Positions 38,120-47,688 of a stretch of 64,000 nt of DNA are shown piece after piece. Location: positions 64,001-128,000 of the IMG/VR virus record IMGVR_UViG_3300031998_000008; one strand, written 5' to 3'. A model generated the notes under the pieces. That model was not told where the DNA came from. It ran no database searches and saw nothing but the letters and a program-made list of their open reading frames with translations. Positions within the stretch are counted from its first letter, which is position 1, and each line of letters begins with the position of its first letter. The position numbers and the translations under genes are program-made. The DNA is from a virus. Its lineage: Duplodnaviria > Caudoviricetes.

Positions 38120-39113
38120 GAAAAAAAACATATTAAGAAATTTTTTGATTTGGGTTAAATTGGCGTGGTATTCATTGTTTTATGGCATGGAGTCTGCAAA
38201 TAAAATGATGTTTGGTCAGGATGGCGATATGTCTAATAACGGAATACATCAAAATGTTTCTAAGGGTGGAGTGATGAATGACTTGCTTGAGCAAAAAGTA
38301 ACAAAGGAAGTCGAAGAATTGCGTGAGAAGCATTATAGGATTATTAAAGAGGCTGATAAATACGATACATCTACAATTCAAATGTCTTTTGATGCTGATG
38401 GGAATCCTATTTTTTCAAATACTGACCATGTAATGAAGAAAACTTATGCTGATTTTATGAAGCATCCGCCGGTGTATGAAACGGAAGACACGAAGTTAAA
38501 GACAATCCAAGACAATAAGGTTTTTGAGAAGGAAACTTCAATTGGTAACATACATGTTCCAAATGGACTTTATGATTATGATACAACATTAACCGTAAAG
38601 CGTGGAATGTATGAACCAAGAATACAAATAGATAAGTTTGTGACAAAGATGGTTGTTAGGGACCGTGTAAATCCTGAGCGTGTCTTTGTTGATTTTTATT
38701 TACCGACAACAGCAAGCCAATTTGGTAAAATTGATGCCATATTGGTTTCAAATCTTTATACCATGTTTGAGACAAAGAACTATCGTTCTGACTTGACTGA
38801 ATTTGAAGAAATTGAATGGTATTCAGATAAGGCTTGGAATTCTGATGATATGTGTTTGTTTAAGTATAATGATGTGAAGTTGGTTGATATAAATGTGTTT
38901 GATGGTAGTTTTGTATTCACATTCGACTGTAATATTATTTCAAATGGTGAATCTGTGGTTGAGAAGTATATGACAGAGGAAATGGATGAAAAATACAAGA
39001 CACTTCAGCCAAAGAACAATACTCTTGATTTAATGACTGGTAAAGGTGCATTGGAAAGAAGAGAGGAAAAACTAAAAGAAATAAATTTAGAAAACACAAC
39101 AATTAAATTATGA
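38112..39113 (+). CDS. hypothetical protein
   Basis: 333 aa ORF. Confidence 0.75.
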   Translation: MTKKKNILRNFLIWVKLAWYSLFYGMESANKMMFGQDGDMSNNGIHQNVSKGGVMNDLLEQKVTKEVEELREKHYRIIKEADKYDTSTIQMSFDADGNPIFSNTDHVMKKTYADFMKHPPVYETEDTKLKTIQDNKVFEKETSIGNIHVPNGLYDYDTTLTVKRGMYEPRIQIDKFVTKMVVRDRVNPERVFVDFYLPTTASQFGKIDAILVSNLYTMFETKNYRSDLTEFEEIEWYSDKAWNSDDMCLFKYNDVKLVDINVFDGSFVFTFDCNIISNGESVVEKYMTEEMDEKYKTLQPKNNTLDLMTGKGALERREEKLKEINLENTTIKL

Positions 39114-39712
39114 AAATAGCAATTGATTTAAATGATGTAATAAGGGATTTTTCAAATAATTTCTTGAGATATTACATTGAAAGATATAATCATGAGTTTG
39201 ATTTAGATGAATTTGAATTTTGGACAAATAGGCTTGGTGATATTTTCCCATTCAACAGCGAAGCTGCATATCATAATTTCTTGTATAATGACTTTGCTTT
39301 TGAATTGTTTGGAAAATGCGGCGTATGCTCAAGAAATTTGGAAGCAGAGTTGAATACATGGACAGAAAAAACAATTAAAGACCTTGATTTGGATAATGAA
39401 ATTGAATTGATGTTTGTTTCTCCAATGGAATATGGGTTGTCAATTGGTAATACATATTTCTTTTTGTCAAAGTTGGGTACTAAGATTCGTGAAGTGTATT
39501 TCCCTAAGAATTCAGTTGATATTTGGGAAAAATGTGATGTTCTTATTACTGCAAATCCAGATTTATTGGAATGTAAGCCTGAAGGAAAAACATCAGTTAA
39601 GATAAAGATGGATTATAATAAAGATGTTAATTCAGATTATGAATATCCAAGTTTTAGTTCATTTTTAATTGACCCTGATAACACTAAAAAATTAGTAAAT
39701 CATGAAGTTTAA
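39110..39712 (+). CDS. HAD-like 5'(3')-deoxyribonucleotidase family protein
   Basis: MKIAIDLNDVIRDF (DxD variant); C-terminal YN motif. Confidence 0.65.
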   Translation: MKIAIDLNDVIRDFSNNFLRYYIERYNHEFDLDEFEFWTNRLGDIFPFNSEAAYHNFLYNDFAFELFGKCGVCSRNLEAELNTWTEKTIKDLDLDNEIELMFVSPMEYGLSIGNTYFFLSKLGTKIREVYFPKNSVDIWEKCDVLITANPDLLECKPEGKTSVKIKMDYNKDVNSDYEYPSFSSFLIDPDNTKKLVNHEV

Positions 39713-40061
39713 AGGTAAGTATTTTGAGTTTAACGGAAAAAAGTATGCATTTGACCTTGATAGGCTTAAAGAAGTTTGTTTGACATCATCAAAGGATGGT
39801 GTAAATAAAGAAGTTGAAATTTCACAGGCATACGAAACAAACGAAGACGGGGATTTAACGTTATCAAATAAGGTGGAGCATGAAACAAAGATTTTCGGAA
39901 ACCAACAAAATGACATGATAATCTATGATGTTGTAAAAGTTTTGGTTATAGCGTTGCTTGAAAATAGTCAAGATGAAGCAAACTTTACAATGGATTTTGG
40001 TACATGTTTAACCATGAATACGTTAATTCTTTGGGGAATTTTAATTGAAGTGAAAGAATAA
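39702..40061 (+). CDS. hypothetical protein
   Basis: 119 aa ORF in operon. Confidence 0.7.
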   Translation: MKFKGKYFEFNGKKYAFDLDRLKEVCLTSSKDGVNKEVEISQAYETNEDGDLTLSNKVEHETKIFGNQQNDMIIYDVVKVLVIALLENSQDEANFTMDFGTCLTMNTLILWGILIEVKE

Positions 40062-40080
40062 TAAAAAATAATATATAGTA

Positions 40081-41187
40081 ATGGCAGAAATGACAAAAAG
40101 CGAAATGCTTAGAATAACTAATGAGAGCATTTCAAAATTGAAAGAAAAGAGTTTTAAAGTATTCTTTTTTGTACTTGATACTAAAGGAAATCCATCAGGT
40201 TCACTTGAGTATATCTACCAGACTGCTTTGACATTGAAGAAACTTGGTTATGATGTAGCAATGTTGCATCAAGAAAAGGAATTCATTGGTGTTGGAGACT
40301 GGCTTGGTGAGGAATATGCTGCATTACCACATTTTAATGTTGAAAAGAAAAACGTTGAAATCGGACCATGTGATTTCTTGTTTATACCTGAAATATTTGC
40401 AAATGTTATGATGCAAACTAAGAAGTTGCCATGTAAGAGAGTGATTATAATTCAAAATTACACACATATTTGTGAGTTTATGCCACCTCATCAAACGCCA
40501 ACAAGCTTGGGTATAAATGATGCAATTATAACAACAAATGCACAGGTTGAAAAACTTTCTGTTTATTTCCCTGATTTGAGATACCATGTCGTATCACCAT
40601 CAATTAGAAAGATGTTCAGAAATAATGATGCCCCAAGAAAACTTGTTGTTAATGTTTTGACAAAGGACCAATCAAAGTTCAATCAAATAATGAAATTCTT
40701 CTATTGGAAGAATCCTATGTATAAGTGGGTTTCATTTAGAGATTTACGTGGTTTGGCACAAGAAACATTCTGTGAGGCTTTGAGAGAGTCAGCAATTACA
40801 ATTTGGATGGATGATGAAACACAATTTGGTTACACTTTGTTGGAATCAATGAGATGTGGAAACCTTGTTCTTGCTAAGACACCTACACATCTTTCTGATT
40901 GGATGAAAGATGAAAATGGTGAAATCACTGATTCAGTTTTATGGTTTGAAGATATTGAAGATATTCCAAACATCTTAGCATCAGTTGTTAGAAGTTGGAC
41001 CCTTGACATGATACCTAATGATATTTTCGAAGGTCAGGAAAAACTATCAGGTCTTTATACTGAAGAACAACAAGAAGAGGAAATAGTCAAAGAATATGTT
41101 GACGGTATCTTCAAGAAACGTTTAACCGACTTTGAAGAGGTATTGGTTGATATTGAGAATAATGTGTTTAAAACAAAGGATGAATAA
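40081..41187 (+). CDS. GT-B fold glycosyltransferase-like protein
   Basis: P.G....Y..A..L..LGY.V, IPE, FG...LESM.CG. Confidence 0.7.
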   Translation: MAEMTKSEMLRITNESISKLKEKSFKVFFFVLDTKGNPSGSLEYIYQTALTLKKLGYDVAMLHQEKEFIGVGDWLGEEYAALPHFNVEKKNVEIGPCDFLFIPEIFANVMMQTKKLPCKRVIIIQNYTHICEFMPPHQTPTSLGINDAIITTNAQVEKLSVYFPDLRYHVVSPSIRKMFRNNDAPRKLVVNVLTKDQSKFNQIMKFFYWKNPMYKWVSFRDLRGLAQETFCEALRESAITIWMDDETQFGYTLLESMRCGNLVLAKTPTHLSDWMKDENGEITDSVLWFEDIEDIPNILASVVRSWTLDMIPNDIFEGQEKLSGLYTEEQQEEEIVKEYVDGIFKKRLTDFEEVLVDIENNVFKTKDE

Positions 41188-41972
41188 TGAAAGATTTGAC
41201 TATTATTATACCTGTAAAGGAATATGAGCCATCAATGGATAAACTCATTAACCGTGCGGTTGAAAGTTGTGCAGACAATAAGATAATTTTGGTTGGCAAA
41301 GGCGTTGAAAAATACAAATTCCAAACAGATGACGAAATGGCTGTTCAACCATCATTGACATATCTTGAAAACACTTCAGATAATTTAACATATCAACATA
41401 ATGTTAATATTGCAGTTGACACCGTTGAAACCAAATATTTTTCAGTTCTTGAATATGATGATTTTTATTCAGAAATTTGGTTCGACAATGTTGAAAAGAA
41501 CATTGAATATGATGTTGATGATACTTCAGTGTTTTTGCCATTGACAGAAGTTGTGGAGTATGATGAAGATGACACAAAGCCACATAATACGATTGGCTAT
41601 TCAAATGAAGCATTTTGGGCTTCATCATTCTCAGATGAAATCGGATGCCTTGACATGGAATCATTGCAAAACTATTTGAGTTTTAATGTTTCAGGTGCAA
41701 TTTTCAAGACAAGTGACTTTGTTTCTCTTGGAAAATTGAAAGAATCAATAAAACTTGTGTTTTGGCTTGAATACTTGTTAAGGGCATTACACGAAGAAAA
41801 GAGAATGTATGTTATTCCAAAGGTTGGATGCTATCATTTTATTGGTAGAAAAGATAGTATGATGAGTGAATACGAATCAACAATGTCAGAAAAAGAAGCC
41901 GATTGGTGGGTTGATTTGGCTAAGAAAGAATTCTTCTTTAAAAAGGATAGAAATAAAGTGTACGAAGGATAA
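41187..41972 (+). CDS. GT2-like glycosyltransferase
   Basis: LTIIIPV, N.A...V.TKYF..LEYDD. Confidence 0.75.
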   Translation: MKDLTIIIPVKEYEPSMDKLINRAVESCADNKIILVGKGVEKYKFQTDDEMAVQPSLTYLENTSDNLTYQHNVNIAVDTVETKYFSVLEYDDFYSEIWFDNVEKNIEYDVDDTSVFLPLTEVVEYDEDDTKPHNTIGYSNEAFWASSFSDEIGCLDMESLQNYLSFNVSGAIFKTSDFVSLGKLKESIKLVFWLEYLLRALHEEKRMYVIPKVGCYHFIGRKDSMMSEYESTMSEKEADWWVDLAKKEFFFKKDRNKVYEG

Positions 41973-41991
41973 TAATTAACGATGCAAGCAT

Positions 41992-42126
41992 AAATGGGGT
42001 ACAAGTACATATGTGCCCCATTTTAAAACATCATCGGTAAGGTCCTTGAAGGAATATGATTAGAGAAAGTACATTTTAAATGTAGAGTGGATGTTTTGCT
42101 GAGTTTTTAAAAGAAATTTAGCAGAA
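41992..42126 (+). promoter_or_regulatory. structured leader of late sigma gene
   Basis: Five hand-identified stems in a 154-nt intergenic gap. Confidence 0.5.
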
Positions 42127-43017
42127 ATGGCAAAAAGAGGAAGAAAACCAAAGGAAAGAAAAGGCTATTTTTATGATACAGAAGAGGCCGCTATAGTACA
42201 ATATATTAACGAAGACAACATATTAGAAAAAAACAAGATATTCAACACGATTCTATATCCTGCTTTGACAAAGATGATAGAATCCATAATCAGGAGATAC
42301 AAATTGTTTGTTCCTGATGAAGAGTTTGAACAGAATTTTAGTGATACAATATCATATTTGCTAACAAAAATTAACCATTTTAAGCCTGAAATTTATTGTT
42401 ATGACCCGTATAGTGGAGATACAGAAAACATTGAATTGGTTGAAGTTAGTGAAAGTGAATACAGAGAAAAGGTAAAATGTGCCGAAGAAACTGACCCTGA
42501 GTTCATTCATGTTGATTTTGAGGATGATGAAGAAAAGAATGGTAATTTCAAAAAGACACTTCACAAATATAAAGCATATTCTTATTGTGGTACGGTTTGT
42601 AGAAACTACCTAATGTATAAATGTTCTCAATACACAAAGAAAAAACTTAGAAATTCGTCATATGAAGATGTCTATGAGGATATTAATAATGATGAAAGAT
42701 TTTCAACATATGATGACAGTTTTGCAACCCATGCAGAGAATTTAATTAAAAATGTTTCTTCTGAAATAGAAAAAACAATTGAGGAAAGAGATTTGAATTC
42801 TTTAACTGATGATGAGGTTAAGGTTGGAAAGTCTCTTATAAATCTTTTGAGAAACTGGGAAGATGTTTTACCGAATGAGGGAAGCAAAAAATTACAGAAA
42901 TCTTCAATACTATATTATTTGAGGGAAGATACCATGATGACCACAAAGGCATTGAGGGATAACATGAAGAAATACAAGTGTATGTATCAATTCCTTAAAA
43001 AGAAAGAACTTGAATAG
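42127..43017 (+). CDS. phage late-transcription sigma factor (T4 gp55-like)
   Basis: KMIESIIRRY..ISYLLTKINHFKPE..KAYSYCGTVCRNYL resembles gp55/sigma region 2. Confidence 0.7.
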   Translation: MAKRGRKPKERKGYFYDTEEAAIVQYINEDNILEKNKIFNTILYPALTKMIESIIRRYKLFVPDEEFEQNFSDTISYLLTKINHFKPEIYCYDPYSGDTENIELVEVSESEYREKVKCAEETDPEFIHVDFEDDEEKNGNFKKTLHKYKAYSYCGTVCRNYLMYKCSQYTKKKLRNSSYEDVYEDINNDERFSTYDDSFATHAENLIKNVSSEIEKTIEERDLNSLTDDEVKVGKSLINLLRNWEDVLPNEGSKKLQKSSILYYLREDTMMTTKALRDNMKKYKCMYQFLKKKELE

Positions 43018-43031
43018 ATTTTTGGTCCTTA

Positions 43032-43039
43032 CTATTTAT
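43032..43039 (+). promoter_or_regulatory. putative late promoter CTATTTAT
   Basis: Octamer upstream of 43059 operon. Confidence 0.7.
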
Positions 43040-43058
43040 TGATATATATTAAGAAATT

Positions 43059-43466
43059 ATGGAAGTAAAGAGATATAAGGTAAGATTAAATTCTGTTGAA
43101 AAGATTGAAGAATTGCTTCAAGAGATATACGACCAAGCATGTAGGCAAATTACAGAAATACAGAATGAAATAAATAAGCTCGTAAATTCAACCAATATGG
43201 CTGAAGAGGGCTTTTCTATTGATGCAAAGGCAACATATGCAAAGTCAATTCATGATTTTATTGGCGATAAGCAAAAAGCAATTGCCGCAAAGTTTGAAGT
43301 TGCCAAATTCATGGGTGAAATATTGAAGCATAATGGCGATGCAGCCGCAACAGTTAACGATAAGAACTTTAAAAAGAGAACATCACTCAACCTTAATGAA
43401 ATCAAGAATATGCTTGATGAGGATAATAGTGATGGTCCCGTTACTTATGACATCAAAAAAAATTAA
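43059..43466 (+). CDS. hypothetical late protein (coiled coil)
   Basis: 135 aa ORF. Confidence 0.7.
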   Translation: MEVKRYKVRLNSVEKIEELLQEIYDQACRQITEIQNEINKLVNSTNMAEEGFSIDAKATYAKSIHDFIGDKQKAIAAKFEVAKFMGEILKHNGDAAATVNDKNFKKRTSLNLNEIKNMLDEDNSDGPVTYDIKKN

Positions 43467-43472
43467 TGATAA

Positions 43473-46049
43473 ATGACTCAAACTGATAGGATATTAAGCA
43501 ATATTGGCGCAATAAGAACATTGCTTGAGAATTTTCCCATGGGATTGTTCGATAGAAATGGGAAAACATATACCTCATCTTTTGAGTTTATAATGGATGT
43601 TCTTAGGTGCTGTGGTATTAATGACCAAGAACTTATTTCATATATTATTGGTAAGATATATGGATTTGAGGGAAAACCTGGCTATACGATAAATGGGTTA
43701 TATGAAAAAATAAAGCGTGGCGACATTAATGTTGACATGCAAAACCCATTTATTTCTGGTCTTGAAACTGCTATAAAGGCTATTTTAATGGCTTTGTTTA
43801 CAAGTATATACACATGTTCAGCACTGCCAATTTTACCAAATAAGGTATTTGATTATGACAGTCTTTCATATTTAATGACAAACAATGCTGCCATTATTTC
43901 AAGAAGGAGCCAAACTAACGATAGAGATTATAAAGTAAAAATACCAGTATCAACAATTGATATTATGGGTATGTTGTCAATATCACCAACAACAAGTGAT
44001 GGCTCTTTGTATTATTTGACTGACGGTCATGATGTTTATTATCATAAGGAATATATAGATAGTTCTTGGACAATTACACAAAGTAGGCTTGTAAATGCAG
44101 GCGAATCATATTCAGGTCATGAAAAAACGTATGATAGTGAATATTTGATATATTTTGGATATGAATTTCCGAATGGCTTTTTTACTGTAAAAAAATATGA
44201 CATAACACATGGTACTACTAATGTTGCACCTGCACCTACCGATTTATTAGTTAATATTGATTATTTAGAGGCTAATACTGATGCTGCAAAAACAAAATCT
44301 GTTTTGATACCAAGAGGTGAAAGTAGTGTTGACTTATTCACATTACAAAATTGTGTAAGAGTCGGAGATGATTTTTACCCAACAAAAATACTTGGTATGA
44401 CAATTAATGGGAATACACAAGGATGTGAAGTCGGCAATTCAGATGATGGGCTATCTTGGGCCTATTTAACAACAACAAATGGTGATGTTGGTAGGTGGGA
44501 AACAAATGGTGCTCCAATAGATATAGACATGTTTGGTCATTCTAAATCAGGTGAAACAAGTGTTAAGGTTTTAGTTGCTGATGTTACCGATAATTACATG
44601 TGTGAAGTTGAACAATCAGCAACAATAATAACATATAAGTCTGTTGAGAGTGGAGTAAATAAAGATGTTGCAATTAGATATACCTATGTTCCTGAATATG
44701 TATATGAAGAAGACCCTGATGATATTGTTTGTTATGAGGGTATGAATCCTAATCTTGTGTATAGGGCATATGATATGAATGCCTTTATTTGGTATTGCTA
44801 TAATAGGTTTAATATTGCAAATCAAGAAGAGGAAAACCATTTAATGTGGGATAGTAGAATATCAGCAAGTAAAAATGGTATTATAAGGTCAAGCGGTACT
44901 GAATGGAATAGATGGTATTCTTCAAAAAGTGCTGAAGGTGAAGAATTTGAATATATTTCAAATCCAGATTCCGAAGTGTTATATCCAATTATTCAAGTTG
45001 AACGATATAACGACAGTGAACTTTTGGTGAGAATACCTGCACAAAGATATTATGCACCAAGAAAGAGAGAACAAATTTATGATGGCACATATGATGGAAC
45101 TGGCCATTATTTTAATGCAAGTATTTACAGGTTCGATTGGGAGTATCTTAAAAATATACAAATACTTAATCCAAAACTTTTATTGGTTAGGTTAATTGAA
45201 CATTTAATTGGGCTTTCTTTAGATGCTGCTTCAAGTTTAAAATTCAATGTAACACAAAAAAGAATAGAGGCTGTTTTATCAAAGGCTGTTAAGTCTATTA
45301 TTACGGCAAACGACATGGAAGTTGAAGATTGTTGGAAATCGTTTTCAAATGAAGATTATAACGATTTACTTGAAGAAATGCTTCTAAGTAGATATACCGC
45401 AAGTAGCACAAATGGTGAATCAAACAGAATTAGAACATATGACATAAATGATTATGTTAATCAGTTGGACCAAATAAGTCAAAATGTAACATCACAAGGT
45501 ACTACAACGATGATTACAAAGACCGTAACAAACGTTATGATGACAGATGGCTCTGAAGAATCAACTGAATATGGTTTTGAATATGGGTTTGATTCAAATA
45601 TGCTTAGTAAATTGATTTGGGCTGTTGTTATGCCAATTGTCGAATCATTGTTTACACCACAAGTTATGCTTTTGATGATGATTAACTTCCAATTATTGGG
45701 GGTTGTTAATATTGATAATGCATTTGGGAATGATTTTACAAAGATTTTGAATTTGCTTATTAACAAATTGCTTGGACTTGTTAAATCAATTGTTCTTTAT
45801 ATAAAAGATAAGATAATAGCATTATTGCTTGAACTATTCAATAAGATAATAACACCTATTTTAACGAATATGGCTTTAATGCTTTATCTTGAAATGATTA
45901 CTGATTGGCTTGTCATATTACTTAATGCTGTTAAATGTATTCCTATGTTGTTTGGCGGTCTTAATAAGCCAATTGGGTATATTGAAGATGTTGATTATGC
46001 TGATATAGTCAATGAACAGAATGTACCAGAAAGTGCTTCTGAGTGTTAA
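43473..46049 (+). CDS. large putative virion/baseplate-associated protein with hydrophobic C-terminus
   Basis: 858 aa in late operon with spike gene. Confidence 0.65.
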   Translation: MTQTDRILSNIGAIRTLLENFPMGLFDRNGKTYTSSFEFIMDVLRCCGINDQELISYIIGKIYGFEGKPGYTINGLYEKIKRGDINVDMQNPFISGLETAIKAILMALFTSIYTCSALPILPNKVFDYDSLSYLMTNNAAIISRRSQTNDRDYKVKIPVSTIDIMGMLSISPTTSDGSLYYLTDGHDVYYHKEYIDSSWTITQSRLVNAGESYSGHEKTYDSEYLIYFGYEFPNGFFTVKKYDITHGTTNVAPAPTDLLVNIDYLEANTDAAKTKSVLIPRGESSVDLFTLQNCVRVGDDFYPTKILGMTINGNTQGCEVGNSDDGLSWAYLTTTNGDVGRWETNGAPIDIDMFGHSKSGETSVKVLVADVTDNYMCEVEQSATIITYKSVESGVNKDVAIRYTYVPEYVYEEDPDDIVCYEGMNPNLVYRAYDMNAFIWYCYNRFNIANQEEENHLMWDSRISASKNGIIRSSGTEWNRWYSSKSAEGEEFEYISNPDSEVLYPIIQVERYNDSELLVRIPAQRYYAPRKREQIYDGTYDGTGHYFNASIYRFDWEYLKNIQILNPKLLLVRLIEHLIGLSLDAASSLKFNVTQKRIEAVLSKAVKSIITANDMEVEDCWKSFSNEDYNDLLEEMLLSRYTASSTNGESNRIRTYDINDYVNQLDQISQNVTSQGTTTMITKTVTNVMMTDGSEESTEYGFEYGFDSNMLSKLIWAVVMPIVESLFTPQVMLLMMINFQLLGVVNIDNAFGNDFTKILNLLINKLLGLVKSIVLYIKDKIIALLLELFNKIITPILTNMALMLYLEMITDWLVILLNAVKCIPMLFGGLNKPIGYIEDVDYADIVNEQNVPESASEC

Positions 46050-46071
46050 TAATTTGTTAATTTTAATTGAA

Positions 46072-46464
46072 ATGAATATATCAAGTATAGTAGATGCAAT
46101 AACAAAGACAATGGAGAGTGCAAAAACACCGGTTAATATTTTACCGCCGATGTTATTAAAGTGTACTTCTTTACTTAGAAGTGGGCTTTCCGCATATAAG
46201 ATAACGGCAAAGATAATACAGAACAACAAAAATATAGGTATCCCAACAGAAGAAAATCCTGATGGAACAACAAATCTTATAAATGCATACACATATAATG
46301 TTGTTAGGGAGATGGTTGATGCTATTAAGAATGATGCGTCTGTACAAGTTGCTGTTCCTGCAAGCAGTTTGCTTATTCAGGCTAATGGGGGAAATGCTGG
46401 TGGACCTATTGTTGTAACAGGTACAAATTTGTTGGATTCAACGGCAACAGGAATAATGCAATAA
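46072..46464 (+). CDS. hypothetical virion protein
   Basis: GGNAGGPIVV.G C-terminus; ATG 46072 preferred. Confidence 0.6.
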   Translation: MNISSIVDAITKTMESAKTPVNILPPMLLKCTSLLRSGLSAYKITAKIIQNNKNIGIPTEENPDGTTNLINAYTYNVVREMVDAIKNDASVQVAVPASSLLIQANGGNAGGPIVVTGTNLLDSTATGIMQ

Positions 46465-46475
46465 AATTTAAACAT

Positions 46476-46658
46476 ATGGATAGAACTGACTATAATAATA
46501 TGACAAATACAGAGTTAAAACTTTGTGCTGAAACAACTTTGAATGAATTCTACGCAAAAAAAGCCGAATTAATAGAATTGTGTAAAGAAATAGAAAAAAT
46601 TCAAAATAGGTATAACGCCATAGAAACCGAAATAAGTCTTAGAAAAAATATATTTTAA
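46476..46658 (+). CDS. small coiled-coil protein
   Basis: 60 aa ORF in operon. Confidence 0.55.
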   Translation: MDRTDYNNMTNTELKLCAETTLNEFYAKKAELIELCKEIEKIQNRYNAIETEISLRKNIF

Positions 46659-46660
46659 TC

Positions 46661-47656
46661 ATGGGTTATATAAAGGGTGTTAGATATTGTAGAGTTATTG
46701 ACACAAATGAACAATTTAGTGCATCTGGCGAAACAGATATGGATTTGGTTAAAGTAAGAATATCACCTGAAGATGATGGTATTAGTGATAGTCAAATACC
46801 ATGGGCTTTTCCTTTGTTGCCTAAGATGCTTCATGTTAAACCGAAATTTGGCGAGGGTGTTTTTGTTATTTTAACTGAACTTGATAATGCAATGAGTCAG
46901 AGATATTATATTGGCCCTGTGATTTCTCAAGACCATAGAATATTCAAGGATGATTATACTTATGCAACATCTTTCATGCGTGGTGGTGCGTTCAAGCCTG
47001 ATATTGCTCCAAGTACTAAGCCTGAATTTAATGGGTTAATGCCAAACGATGATGATGTTATTCTTCGTGGTAGAAAAAATGCAGACTTACAAATAACGAA
47101 TGATGATGTTAGAATCAAAGCGGGTGTTAAAGTTGTAAATGAAACAAACAGATATGAAATGCATTTTAATGAGCAAGACCCTGCTTATGTTAAAGTTAAA
47201 TATCATCCTGGTGGATTGATTCAACAGAAAGAATATGGCATTGCAACTGGAGCCACAAGAAATGAAAATGGAACATACAGGATGGAAGGGTCACGTGGTT
47301 CAAAAAGAAGTTTAAAACAAGGCGAAACGGAAGTTATGAGTACCGTTACTCTTGTTGGTGATAAAATTAATCTAATTCAAAATCATTCAAAGGAAAAGGA
47401 GTTTGTTACAACAGATAGAAATGATTTAATTACGGATGATGAATTATACAAGGCATTAAACGAGGCTTACAAACTACCTTATGGCGAGAAGTTGGTTGAA
47501 ATCTTGTCAATATTCATTGATGCATTTATAAAACATACACATCCATTTATGATGAAACCTCCGTGTGAAGCAAATGGAATACCAGATTTAAAGGATAAAA
47601 AAACAGAGTATCTTGATAATGGAAAACTGTTATCAGATACTGTTAGGATAAACTAA
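46661..47656 (+). CDS. baseplate central spike (gp5/VgrG OB-fold-like)
   Basis: RV.D...VKVRI....IPW..P.....PK.GE.V.V; C-terminal HTHP. Confidence 0.7.
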   Translation: MGYIKGVRYCRVIDTNEQFSASGETDMDLVKVRISPEDDGISDSQIPWAFPLLPKMLHVKPKFGEGVFVILTELDNAMSQRYYIGPVISQDHRIFKDDYTYATSFMRGGAFKPDIAPSTKPEFNGLMPNDDDVILRGRKNADLQITNDDVRIKAGVKVVNETNRYEMHFNEQDPAYVKVKYHPGGLIQQKEYGIATGATRNENGTYRMEGSRGSKRSLKQGETEVMSTVTLVGDKINLIQNHSKEKEFVTTDRNDLITDDELYKALNEAYKLPYGEKLVEILSIFIDAFIKHTHPFMMKPPCEANGIPDLKDKKTEYLDNGKLLSDTVRIN

Positions 47657-47659
47657 AAG

Positions 47660-47687
47660 AAAAGGCCGCTTTAAAACGGCCTTTTTT
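47660..47687. terminator. bidirectional terminator
   Basis: AAAAGGCCG-loop-CGGCCTTTTTT. Confidence 0.8.
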
Positions 47688-47688
47688 G

